From Octopus sinensis (lineage: Eukaryota): a stretch of 64,000 bases of DNA. Under the pieces are notes generated by a model. The model was given only the letters and a program-made list of their open reading frames with translations. It made no database searches and was not told where the DNA came from. Below, piece after piece: positions 1-12,098 of this stretch. Position 1 is the stretch's first letter, and every line of letters starts with the position of its first letter. The translations under genes were made by a program, and so were the position numbers. Where the stretch lies: NCBI RefSeq assembly GCF_006345805.1, contig NC_043002.1, positions 63,674,001-63,738,000 on the forward strand. The letters are read 5' to 3'.

Positions 1-86
1 TTGTTGCTGCTGTTGTTATTGTTGTGACTCTTTTTGCTGTTGTTGAAGTTGTTGTTATTTTCATTATTGTCGTTGCAGTTCTTACT

Positions 87-290
87 AAGGCGGCAAATCA
101 TTATTAAGACGGGTAAATGCTCGCCGGCATTTCGAACATCTTCACGTTCTGAGTTCAAATTCGCCGTAGTCAACTTTACCTTATATAATTTCTGACTCAC
201 ACAAAAAAAAAACAAGTACAGGGTGGTCACTAGTGTAATGTAATCGAGTTCCTCCCTCTGCCGTAATCGCTGGCCTTCGACCGAACTTTG
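87..290 (+). mobile_element. Degenerate tRNA-derived SINE, family B (body motif gttctgagttcaaattccgccgaggtcgactttgcctttcatcc)
   Basis: Contains aaggcggcaa...gttctgagttcaaattcgccgtagtcaactttacc, a diverged version of the motif seen intact at 27101-27322. Confidence 0.6.
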
Positions 291-316
291 AACATTTCAT
301 TATTAACATTTTTATT

Positions 317-818
317 GAGTGAGAGAGCAGGGCATGCCATCAAACTGACACTGGGGTAAAATATACGAATCCCAGTACACCCATCATGACTACCCGTCTG
401 ATAAGGCTACACCAAGCGTCACAACCATACGTGCGCGACATGGTGCTCTTATATCAAGATAAAAAGCGCACGACCTTGCAGGTGGGGCCCAGTTAGTATT
501 TTCTTCTGGTTGAGTAACACATCCCGCTCAAATGATCTCTGAATAAGGGTTGTTTAAGGATTTTGAACGAAACACCCATGTTTCCAGAGGTGAATTATTC
601 AAACCCCAAATACTCCCTCTCAACACATGTCTATGATGCTCCCCCACTACTTCTGCTCGTGATCAGATATGCACATATCGTTAGCCACTAAGGGACATGC
701 TCAACTGATTAAGGTCAAACAATTGACAATCAAATTGAGCAGAATATTTGCTGTAGCCCATCTTTTATACCAAGAGAAAACAAAGTACATGTTAACACTT
801 CTAATCAGTTAAGATCAG
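317..818 (-). mobile_element. ~500-bp copy of an unclassified non-coding interspersed element associated with (TAA)n
   Basis: Aligns by eye over its length with 4022-4578; truncated at one end; ATT-rich repeats follow at ~820-895. Confidence 0.8.
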
Positions 819-1290
819 TTAGATTATTATTATTATTATTATCATTATTATTATTATTATTACTCTTATCATTATTATTACTATTATCATTACTCTTACT
901 GTTGGTTTTTAGTTCAAATGTTTTCGTTTGTTACAGTCACATACCGAGACACACCCAGTGCCCTGGGTTGAGTGAAGGATAACGGATGTTACAGCATGAT
1001 TGAAAGCTTGGAGAGGGGAAGTAGCGAAATATATTCATATAATACAACACAGACATTTAGGGTTTTTCTAAACATGTGGGCAGTACTTGTCTGCACAATG
1101 TTTTTGATTTCTGTGTGACATGGTTCTTGCAGGACCTTATCTAAAGGTTTGTGACATCCCTTCGTTTACCATACATGGGGCACCTACATTTACAGGAACA
1201 GTCTCCTTTTAAGAAGCCACATATTTTGTATTCCCATTTCTAGGTCCTTATATTTACTTAATTTGTCAAATTCGTTCGCGGATGGTCACA

Positions 1291-1446
1291 AGTGTGGCTG
1301 TGTGGTAAATAGCTTGCTTACCAACCACCTGGTTCCGGGTTCAGTCCCATTGCGTGGCAGCTTGTTCTGGTGTCTTCTGCTATAGCCTCGGGCGGACCAA
1401 AGCCTTGTGAGTGGATCTGGTAAACGGAAATTGAAAGAAGCCCGTC

Positions 1447-1450
<4 letters not shown>
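1291..1450 (+). mobile_element. 5' half of tRNA-derived SINE family A, split by an insertion
   Basis: gtggctgtgtggtaa...ggttccgggttcagtccca (A/B-box-like head) through gaagcccgtcg+(TA)n; matches the intact copy at 6551-6924; 3' half at 2738-2916. Confidence 0.85.
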
Positions 1451-1482
<32 letters not shown>

Positions 1483-1484
<2 letters not shown>

Positions 1485-2645
1485 TAGCATTAAAGACCCG
1501 CCGTTGCCGGGTCATAGTGCTAGTGCATGTATATATGTGTACATATTACATGTACATCTATATATATATATCTGCTCATAAAATACAAAATACAAAGTTA
1601 TATCTTGATATCGCTAGTGATAACAATACTCAAAATACATAACAGACTGGAATTGTTAGCTCGTCTCTTGTAATTTCGATCAATTGTATCTTGTCCTCCC
1701 TCTTGTATAGAAGTGTGGGTACAATCCAGCCTACCTCTACTTTTTTTTGGGGGGGGGGGGCATTTAAAATTGTTTTCCGGGACGTCCTACGTCCCAGATA
1801 TAAAGGTAAAAATAAAATATTTCCACTTTGCAAGTTCGAGTCGAGTACTCCCTTGCACGCTCCGTTGACTCGAACTTTGCTTCTATTGTGGCGAATTTAC
1901 CGCCTCTGATTAGATAGCTTTCATAGTCGCTCCAATACACTTTTCGAAGGTGCTTTCCTCCATGTGTTCAAGTCTTTTTTCTCTACATTGTATACTTTAT
2001 AGACAATAGTCTTGTCTTTAATTTAATTCTTTATTATCCATCTGGACTATTCAATTTCTGCACACTAATTTTAGTTTGAATTTATCCCCATTCATGTGAA
2101 ACCACTTATTCAAGTTCAAATCATTGATGCAATTTTATACCAATTGCTATTTTTACTTTTGTCATGTTACTTTAGTTTGCTTTTAATTATTACTTACTAC
2201 ATATAATTCAATTGTTATTATTATTTTTATTGTTAAAGTGAAAGTATCTGACATAAAATAGAGAAAGGTTTTTGTTTCACTTTTAACACGTAATACTGAA
2301 ATAGTGGAGAAGATATGATATTGCTATGGGCTCGCTCTAGGCAAGACGTTGAACATTTTTTGCCCACGAAACTACATGGACCCTAAGTAAGACATGTGTA
2401 AAATTTGAATGAAATTGGTTGTGTAGTTCTCAAATTTTAGGGAATCGTAGTGGAGAAGATATGTTATTGCTGTGGGCTCGCCCTGGGCAAAAAGTAAAAA
2501 TTTTTTACCGATGACACTCCCCGGACCCTAAGTAAGGCATGTATAAAATTTGAATGAAATTGGTTGTGTATTTCTAAAGTTTTAGGGAAACACACAGACA
2601 GACAGACAGACACACACACACACATTCTCAGTTTTATATATATAA

Positions 2646-2649
<4 letters not shown>
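1483..2649 (+). mobile_element. Non-autonomous Helitron/Lep1-like element inserted in the SINE's central (TA)n
   Basis: 5' hairpin ctagca-gacccg..cgggtc-tgctag (1484-1523). Subterminal ~145-bp tandem duplication (~2300-2590). 3' end ...aaatttgaatgaaattgg...(gaca)n(ca)n ttctcagttttatatatataaagat resembles Lep1/HINE-type termini. Confidence 0.6.
1630..1990 (-). pseudogene. Possible LINE ORF1 (gag-like) relic inside the Helitron-like element
   Basis: Frameshifted minus-strand translation gives RGGKFATIEAKFESTERAREYST / SGNILFLPLYLGRRTS / EVGWIVPTLLYKREDKIQLIEITR; resemblance to ORF1 is from memory only. Confidence 0.3.
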
Positions 2650-2701
<52 letters not shown>

Positions 2702-2737
2702 ATGTGTGTGTGTGTGTATGCGTGTGTGTGTGTGTCC

Positions 2738-2916
2738 AACATCACTTGACAACTGGTGCTGGTGTGTTTACGTCCCTGTCGTAACTTAGCGGTTCAGTAA
2801 TAGGTACCGATAGAATATGTACTAGGCTTACAAAGAATAAGTCCTGGGGTCGATTTGCTCAACAAAAGGCGGTGCTCCAATATGGCCGCATTCAAAATGA
2901 TTGAAACAAGTAAGAG
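2738..2916 (+). mobile_element. 3' half of SINE family A
   Basis: cttgacaactgg...gatagaatatgtactaggcttacaaagaataagtcctggggtcgatttg...aaggcggtgctc matches 6750-6924. Confidence 0.85.
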
Positions 2917-3842
2917 ATATAGTTTTACCAGTGGGAACACCTACATCTATTAGTCTACAAGTCTTTTCTTCCGTGTCTTTAATAATTATGTCTCGCCGAT
3001 TAACCTGGATCGTTCTGTCAGTGTTGAGTGGAAAATCCCAGACCATAGTGACGTTCTTCACCTTGAACGACTGATTGAGGATGATGCTCATAGCAATAAG
3101 CATGAGTGCAGATTTCGTAGTGTTTACATATTTTCCTGTGTAGATACTGTCCTAATCTATCGTGACGACTTTTGTATTCTTTTGATGTCAGCACAGAACA
3201 TCTTGAGACAAAATAGTTTATCGTGTCGTCATATGTGTCGTAGAATGTGCATTTAGAGTCAAAACCGTTTTGAGGAACGTTATACTTTTATTTATTTATT
3301 ATTATTATTTTTGTCTTTTTGTGAGCAAGCTCTGATCATGTGCCGCAAAATATAAAACCTTCAGTCTCTGCTTTTAGTCCTCAAATTTTCAGCCACTTGA
3401 TCTACATCAGCATTTCGGCTTACGAATTATCCTATCAATTTTATTTATTTCGCTGATATTCCTGTTGAACACATTGAAGCTATAAGTAACGAAGTTTCTT
3501 GCTAAGGAATTTATGGCTAACACCTTGCTACGTACATTTAACTCAGATTTCAGGACTGCTCAAACTTTCCTGTAACATTTCTTTCTGATCGTCCCGTTCA
3601 TGTTGGCATGTTGGATGCCAGTGCCATCATTTATTCCGAGGTATTTTAAAACTTGTTTCTGGTCAAATTCTGTGTCCACGTCTAACACCACTGAATGTGA
3701 CGTCTTCAATTTCCCTTTCTGGAAAGTGAACTTGGCGCATTTTTCAAGACCAAATTTCACGCCGATGTCATTTCTGAATGAGTTCACAGTAGGTAATAAG
3801 ACTTCAAGCTCATTATTGTCCTCGCTATGCAAATTTAAGCCA
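2917..3842 (-). mobile_element. Degraded, internally deleted R4/Dong-like LINE (RT C-terminus to restriction-like endonuclease)
   Basis: Translated pieces: DNNELEVLLPTVNSFRNDIGVKFGLEKCAK..KYLGI (late RT), WLKI*GLKAETEGFI, EYKSRHDRLGQYLHRKICKHY, WDFPLNTDRTIQVNRRDIIIKDTEEKTCRLIDVGVP (PD..D endonuclease region). The 5' junction lies in (AAT)n. Confidence 0.8.
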
Positions 3843-3852
3843 TATATTATTA

Positions 3853-3927
<75 letters not shown>

Positions 3928-3941
3928 CTTTATTATTATTA

Positions 3942-4021
<80 letters not shown>

Positions 4022-4578
4022 GAGTGAGAGAACAATGCATGCCATCAAAGTGACACTGGGGTAAAATATACGAAGCCCAATATACCCATCATGACTACCC
4101 GTCTGATAAGGGTACACCAGGCACATGCATCACAACCATATGTGCGTGACATGGTGATCTCATATCAAGATAAACAGCACATGACCTTGCAGGTGGGGCC
4201 CAGTTAGAATTTTCTTCAGGTTGAGTAGCCCATCCCGCTCAAAAGGTTCCTGAATAAGGGTTCTTTAAGGACGTTGAAAGAACCACCCATGTTTCCAGAG
4301 GTGAATTATTCAAACCCCAAAGAATCCCTCTCAACACATGGCTATGATGCTCCCCCACTACTTCTGCTCGTGATCAGAGATGCACATATCGTCAGCCACT
4401 GAGGGACATGCTCAACTGGTTAAGGTCAAACAACTGACAAGCAAATCTGTGGTATTGAGCAGAATATTTGCTGTAGCCCATCTTTTATACCAAGACAAAA
4501 CAATGTACATGATAACACTTCCATTCAGTTAAGATCAGAAGCCATGAGAGCCACTGCCTGGTACTGCATCAGGGCATC
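4022..4578 (-). mobile_element. Best-preserved ~555-bp copy of the unclassified (TAA)n-embedded element
   Basis: Flanked on both sides by long (ATT)n arrays; homologous to 317-818 and 31438-31855. Confidence 0.85.
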
Positions 4579-4625
<47 letters not shown>

Positions 4626-4645
4626 ATTATTATTATTATTATTAT

Positions 4646-4725
<80 letters not shown>

Positions 4726-4782
4726 TTATTATTATTATTATTATCATTATTATTATTATTATTACTATTATTATTATTATTA

Positions 4783-4840
<58 letters not shown>

Positions 4841-6550
4841 CGAGTGTGCTGTGACGTTTTTGATCTCTTTTAGTAAGCCCAAAACCAAATTTCAAGCATT
4901 ACCAATTTAATTCTTTATATTTTCGTTGTTCTTGCCAATAAGAATTTTAGTTACCTTTAAAAGTATGGCTTCGAAACTCGTAATAAAAAAAAAATATTTA
5001 TTTTTATATACTTTATTGTATTCGCTTCCTCAACTTGATGACATTTCATGTATGAACAGATGCATCCATTAACATTCGTGCGAACCTAATAAACATTACC
5101 TCAGAATTAACATTTTCAACGGAAATGTATGACATAAAGATAATATAAGGAAAGCTGAAAACAGAAATATTTGCTAAACTAATATCATGAACGATTGCGA
5201 AATCGACCACGACCAAACAAAATGACGACAGAGCAAATGAATGCACCGGAAATATGTTAGACAGTGCATATATGGTTAGTATTACAGAAGCTGAGTATTT
5301 TGAGATTCAAAACACTGTCAGATACTAGGGAATCAGCTGGGAGAATTATATAAATCAGAATGTAGTATTTATTTAACCAAACACCTAAAGGAAGAGAAAG
5401 TAAACTGTACACCATGTTACTTGTTATAATAAGAACGGTAGCTTTGTCTGTTTTGTTTCAAAATAACTATATAACGGGCTGAGAGAAAGGACGGGTGATA
5501 TCCCGTCTCTACACAAAAATAATAATTATGACACTGTCTTTCGTATGTTCAGAACTAGTATGGTGTGAGGAAGCAAAGGAGCGACGAGATGCAGTAAATA
5601 TTTACAATGAATGAAGTTAGATTTGCACTTAGAAATGACACAATCACACAAGCTCAAAGCAAACTGTACGCAGTTGAGGGCTACGAGACAATAATTATGA
5701 GAGTGATAATCCAGGGCAAATACCTTCTTTGGAAGATGCATGATAGTAAAACCATTTCGGGAGAACTTTGCCATGAGGAACTGAAAAATTCAAGAAAAAT
5801 CTAGAACGGAAAGCATCGACATGTTACTAAGGACATAAAGAATTAAATTAAATTGCAATGGCAAACAAGGAGCATAAAATTCCGTATGGAGTATGACAAA
5901 CAATATTTAGTGAAAGCCGTTATATAAATATATGACAGGGCGATATAAAATGATTGACAGAAATGGCTCCGCGGTATATATATATATTGTATATATTACA
6001 ATATACAATAATTAAAGCAACATGCAGCTCCATACATAAATGTATAGTATTTTAAGTGTCCACACGAGAAAATTGTTCATGAAACTCCGAGAAAAAACTG
6101 AGGCGATTTAATAATCAACAAAATGATAATAACCATAAAAGCAACAGCATTACTAACGAGGAGTCAATAATAAAAATAAGAGTAATTTCGTAGTGAAATA
6201 AAAGCCCACGCATTTTATATATGGTTAAGAGTAAAGTAAATTATATCGACTCAGTTACTGATGTACAATTTGAAATTTAACAACCAATGTTGACCCGAGA
6301 GGCTACTAAATCCATAATGTAAATTCTTCGACGATGAAATATTCCAAGTGAATCAACGCTGTTCTGAAAGCACAATGTGTCACGCTACTCAATACAAATA
6401 TGTTCTTATTACCTATACCTGTTTGTAAACAGCAGAAGTGGCGAAGGTAAAAGAACAAAAAACACATCTTACGTTTTAAAGTCGTCTGTACGTACCAGGT
6501 CGTTTCGAAATCTACAGTCAAACTCATGTTTTACAAATTTTTTCACTATA

Positions 6551-6924
6551 GGTGCAGGAGTGGCTGTGTGGTAAGTAGCTTGCTTACCAACCACATGGTT
6601 CCGGGTTCAGTCCCACTGCTGGCAAATTGGGCAAGTGTCTTCTACTATAGCCTCGAGCCGGCCAAAGTCTTGTGAATGGATTTGTTAGACGGAAACTGAA
6701 AAAGCCCGTCGTATATATGTATATGTATGTGTCCGTGTTTCTGCCCCCCAAATCGCTTGACAACCGATACTGATGTTTTATGTCCTCGTATCTTAGCAGT
6801 CGGCAAAACAGACCGATAGAATAAATACTAGGCTTACAAAGAATAAGTCCTGGGGTCGATTCCCTCGACTAAAGGCGGTGCTCTATCACGGCCGCCGTCA
6901 GATGACTGAAAAAAGTAAACGAGA
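6551..6924 (+). mobile_element. Full-length tRNA-derived SINE family A
   Basis: tRNA-like head, ttgggcaagtgtcttctactatagcc body, short central microsatellite and conserved tail ending gactgaaaaaagtaaacgaga. Confidence 0.9.
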
Positions 6925-7603
6925 CAGTATATCGTAATTTTGGCTGGATAGTTAACACATTTCTACAAGTGTTGTTTTTCCTTCTGAAAATATTTAACAC
7001 TTCTGAAGCTGCAACGGTCCTCTGAAAACTCATCCTTCCGAATTTCAGTAGACAGTTTTAATATTCCCTCAGAACAAAAAGATAAAAATATAAATGCAAG
7101 TAGAATGGTTCTCTTATATCACACATTGGATTAATTTCAAATTTATCATAAACTACACGACTATCAACATCACTCGAAGTTCATTTTCAAATTAGAATTG
7201 CCGAAAAAAGTTTGTCATTATTGATCCTAGTATCCCCCCCACCCCAATCATATCAAAGAATATCACTTACTATAACATATCTTACAGCATATAAACACTT
7301 CATTTCTCATTCATATAATAAATTTTGTTAAAATACTTTTTCTTTATTTCCGTACAAATTTCGTAACATTGCATAAATAAACGCGTCAGCCACCCAAAAC
7401 TTTTGAAAAGTTTTTGTTACAGGCAAACGTGTAGTTTCGTTCTACATATCGTTCTATGTTCAGCCTCTATGCGTGGCTTGGACTGACTACATTTGGGGAG
7501 TAGATTTGGATGACGGAAAATGAAACCGCTGAACACACACACAAACACACAAACACACACACACAAACACACACACAAACACACACACACACATACACAC
7601 ACA

Positions 7604-8030
7604 CAGGGGTGAAGTAAAAAATTATCCGCACTTTCGCCATAAAATATCTTTATTATTGTCACACTGACTTCTGCTAATTCGTGATTATAGTTGGTACTCT
7701 TGTGGTTACGTAATCAATGTTTGTGCTAGATCGCGACATTTCTCTTTCTGGCTTTACAGTGAACAAAGAGCAGTGATTTGATTTCTCTAGAAAAGGTGAG
7801 CTTGATCAACAGTGCATGATACATTGTGCTTTGCTTCCCCCCACCAAAAAAAAAAACTGAAGTCAGCAACTCGCACCAAACGTCGAAGGCTATTGACAAA
7901 GAAGGTTTTGTTATTGCCCATGCACAGCCACACATTGTTATTGACCATGCACAGCGACACATAGCCGCCCAGCGACAAGGTAGAAAATTCTAAAATAAAT
8001 TTATGAAGAACATTTTAGCACCGGTTTCAT
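7604..8030 (+). mobile_element. Internally deleted mariner relic
   Basis: EQRAVI*FL at 7761 (mariner N-terminus) and KRRRLLTKKVLLL..AQPH from 7878 (degenerate LLHDNARPH region); TIR-like start caggggtgaagtaaaaaattatccgcact. Confidence 0.55.
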
Positions 8031-8502
8031 TTATTGCGACATTTAAAACTCAGAGTAAAGCATTAAAAACAATTAAATTGTGGAAAAATTAAGAAATGTA
8101 TTTTTTCATATATTTCCATAGCTTTCAAATGCAAGGGAGATTTCCCTTTTTTTTCTGTTCATCTCTTTCTCAATTTTTCACTCACGTGAGGTCTTAGTAG
8201 CAGTAATATTTAGATGAGTTCTTGGCTTTGATAGTTTAAGCAGCAGTAGTACCTGAGAAAGTATGCGACGACGACGACGACGACGAAGAAGAGAAGAAGA
8301 AGAAGAAGAAGAAGAAGAAGAAGAAGAAGAACAAGAAGAAGAAGAAGAAGAAAAAGAAGTGGTAGTAGGAAAAGAAGAGAAAGGCAATTGTAGGAGGTTG
8401 GTGGAATCCTCTTAAATGATCAAGCAACCTGTTGTGGTTCTAATAGTAGTGATTGGAAGTGTTCTGAATAAATTCATGGGTATTCACTGGTCTAAATATT
8501 TC

Positions 8503-8606
<104 letters not shown>

Positions 8607-8608
8607 TA

Positions 8609-8655
<47 letters not shown>

Positions 8656-8871
8656 CACATATATATATACACACATATATATATGCATATGTATATATAC
8701 ATATATATATATACATATATATGTTGAAATGGAAAGATGAATTATCTCGTTACGGATTATTCAAAAGTTTAACCGATACCTGAGTAGCAAACATCACAGC
8801 AGAAAAAACACGGTTGGAGTTATGACCATAGGGTGTTGCAACCGTGCGTTGGCGCGGATAATTGAAGTTTA

Positions 8872-9155
8872 ATATAATTAGTGAATGGAAGAAATGGAGC
8901 TGAACGAAGATTCTACAGAATTCCTTTTATTACATTCTACACATGTTTCAAAGGCCACAAATTTCCAAATTCTGATTGAATAAGGATACCATATTGCAGC
9001 TTTCTCTTCAGGAAATAAATGAAGAGAAAGCTGCAATATGGTATCTTTATTCAATCAGAATTTGGAAATTTGTGGCCTTTGAAACATGTGTAGAATGTAA
9101 TAAAAGGAAATCTGTAGAATCTTCGTTCAGCTCCATTTCTTCCATTCACTAATTA

Positions 9156-9158
<3 letters not shown>
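8872..9158. repeat. Fold-back inverted repeat, 139-bp arms, 9-nt spacer, PLE-terminus-like
   Basis: 8872-9010 is the reverse complement of 9020-9158 with two mismatches seen; the arm is homologous to 39182-39317. Confidence 0.9.
8935..9014 (-). ncRNA. Degenerate type I hammerhead ribozyme motif
   Basis: Minus strand reads uuc CUGAAGA gaaag...ccuuu GAAAC augu GUA gaa; the C preceding GAAAC is missing relative to the 39238 copy. Confidence 0.5.
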
Positions 9159-9191
<33 letters not shown>

Positions 9192-9246
9192 CACATATAT
9201 ATATACACATATATATATATATATACACATATATATATATATATAC

Positions 9247-9301
<55 letters not shown>

Positions 9302-9389
9302 ATATATATATCACCAGGTGGTGCTATTAAGTTAGACATGGCCTGGGCCAATAATGGCCGAAACCTATCAAAGTATCAAAGTATCAAAG

Positions 9390-9423
<34 letters not shown>

Positions 9424-9632
9424 GTGTAGTGTAATTACTGACATGTGTAACAGATAAAAATAAATGGGAACAAAACTTTGAAATCCAGTCATTAAGGAAC
9501 CATTTATATTAGAGTGTATTACTTTTGTATAAACACGATGTAAAAGTAAGTCACTTTCTCCTTAGGAAAGCTTAAGCTTTCAAAAAATATTTCTTTAAAA
9601 AAAAAATCTAATTATTGTTTCCTACTCAAAAA

Positions 9633-10000
9633 TTTTGGAGGAAGGGGCCAGTCAGTTAGTTCGACTCCAGTACGCAATTAGTACTTAATTTATCGACTCC
9701 TAAATGATATAAAAGGCAAGGTAGACCTCGCCGGAGTTTGAACTCAGAACATAAAGACAGACGAAATACCACTAAGTTCGCCTGGCGTGCTAACATTTCT
9801 GCCATCTCATCGCTTAAAGAAATTTCTATTTCTTGCTTTTCTCACTTTCTTTTCTACTCTAGGCACAAGGCCCGGAATTTTGGGGGAATGAGCGAGTCGA
9901 TTAGTACGCTACTAGTACATAGTTTATCGACCTCGAAAGGATGAAAGACAAAGTCGGCCTCGACGGAATTTGGACTCAGAACATAAAGACAAATGGATTA
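9633..10000 (-). mobile_element. Two adjacent partial SINE family B copies
   Basis: Reverse-strand gacctcgccggagtttgaactcagaac and ggcctcgacggaatttggactcagaac motifs at ~9720 and ~9955. Confidence 0.75.
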
Positions 10001-10067
10001 CTAGAAAATTACTATTTTTAAATCTCACAACGAGACATATTCAACAACAGTACTTTGGGGTAAATAG

Positions 10068-10293
10068 TTTTTTCCAACATAACATGGCAGTCTTGGTTTA
10101 GGACGTATGTTTTTGTAATTTAGCGCCAGGAGACATCGTCTCCAGTTGGCTATACGACGGGATCTGTGTCCTTATATTTTCGAACATGAGAATCTATATC
10201 GTGTCGTATAGCCAACTAGAGACGATGTCTTCTGGGGCTAAATTACAGCAACATTCGTCCTAAACCAGGTCTACCATATTATGTTTGCAAAAA
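10068..10293. repeat. Older imperfect fold-back (MITE-like), ~85-bp arms
   Basis: aacataacatggcag...gttggctatacgac versus gtcgtatagccaact...ccatattatgtt, with a ~45-nt spacer. Confidence 0.8.
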
Positions 10294-10314
10294 ATCATTA
10301 CGCCATACGAATCA

Positions 10315-10770
10315 CTGTTAAGCATTTCGCTCTACATGCTAACGTTTCTTATTTCTTTATTGCCACAACGTGCTAACCATAGAGGGAAGAAACAAGGACA
10401 GACAAACGGATTAAGTCGATTACATCGACCCTAGTGTATAAATGGTACTTAATTTATCGACCCCCGGGAGGATGAAAGGCAAAGTCGACTTCGGTGGAAT
10501 TTTGAACTCAGAACGTAAGACAGACGCAATACCTATTTCATCACTACCCACAAGGGGCTAAACACAGAGAGGACAAACAAGGACAGACAAACGGATTAAG
10601 TCGATTATATCGACCCCAGTGCGTAACTGGCACTTAATTTATCGACCCCGAAACGATGAAAATCAAAGTCGACCTCGGCGGAATTTGAACTCAGAACGTA
10701 GCGGCAGACGAAATACGGCTATGCATTTCACCCGGCGTGCTAATGTTTCTGCCAGCTCGCCGCCTAAATA
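10315..10770 (-). mobile_element. SINE family B, tandem (head-to-tail) multimer
   Basis: Body and tail unit occurs twice, followed by the start of another head. Confidence 0.8.
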
Positions 10771-12098
10771 TATCTCATTATTCCAACTAATTCTTGCGTT
10801 TCCCACATTATTGCAGATACGACTCACTAGACAGACATATCTGACTCGACATTCAGAAAACACTCCTCTTCTCATTGCTTGATCAATTGTTCATTGAAAT
10901 TATTTGTGTGCAATTGATCTCAAACGTTTGTGCAACATAGATGTTCGTAACACCGATGTTCATCTTCGGTAAATGAATCTGCAATAATTAATATCCTTAA
11001 TCTTTCAAGAATTATTTATATGCACAACTGATTAGATCTACTTTAATGAAGGATAAAAATGTTAAATTCATATATTTACGCTGTACTTATTTGTTGGCAG
11101 ATATTAATTATATGAGATAATGCTGATTTGAAAAGCGCATTATCTTTTTTAAAAAAATACAAAGCAAATGTTGCTGCTATATCCACCATATTTGTATGTA
11201 TAATCATGAAATAGGATTGCCCGGTGAATCTACTCGCTGACTGATTAACGATTTTAATTACAAAATGCGAAATGTTCATTATATATACACACGCACAAAT
11301 ATACATATTTGTATATATAAATACACATGCACAAATGCACACACACACACGCTCACACACATACATACATACATACACACACACATAAATCTATACATAT
11401 ATACATACATTTATGGAAAAGGGACATCGTAATGACAGCGGGTTGTGTATTTTGAATAATTAACTTAACGTTCGGTGACTCTGGTTGAAATGTCGTCATC
11501 AGCAATATTTACATATTTGATTGTAGTCTCGATAAGTTTTCTCCATTTGTTAGAATCAGAATTCTGCCATTAATGTATTGTTACTGGTGTGAAATATATA
11601 TTGAAGATATATTGATTTCCGACATCACTGAAGAAGTTCGTACGCATTTCTCAGATATTGATGTTAATAGTATTAGTGTTAGAATATAAGTGCTGCAATT
11701 AACTCTGAATTAAAAATCAATTAACTTTAGATTAAATATCACATTTGTTTATGTAATGTGCGATGTTGTATCTCATTCGTCTCTGTCTGTCTGTCTGCCT
11801 CTCCCTCGCACTTCCTCTCTCTCGCACTTCCTCCCTCTCCCTCTCTCTATCTCTCCCTCTCTCTCACTGTATCTCTCGCCGTAATTTTACATGTGTATAT
11901 GTGTAGCAATAACGGAATGGCTGATTGTAAATATATGACAATAAATGTTTAGCAAGAAAATTAGTTGAGACAACGTGTAGAATCACATTTATAAGAATGG
12001 AGCCGATCGATCAGTTCGCTCGAGGCTTTTCATGCAAAATGAACCCGTCTATATACGTGCATATTCAATACTGTAAAGCACGAACACACCAATACATA

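Noticed and set aside
4490-4578. Faint resemblance of the 555-bp element end to U2 snRNA (tcagttaagatcag; cctggtactgca)
   Set aside because: Only short gapped matches; spacing and the branch-site recognition sequence are not preserved.
5607-5804. 65-aa non-repetitive ORF
   Set aside because: No recognisable motif or splice context; length is within chance expectation.
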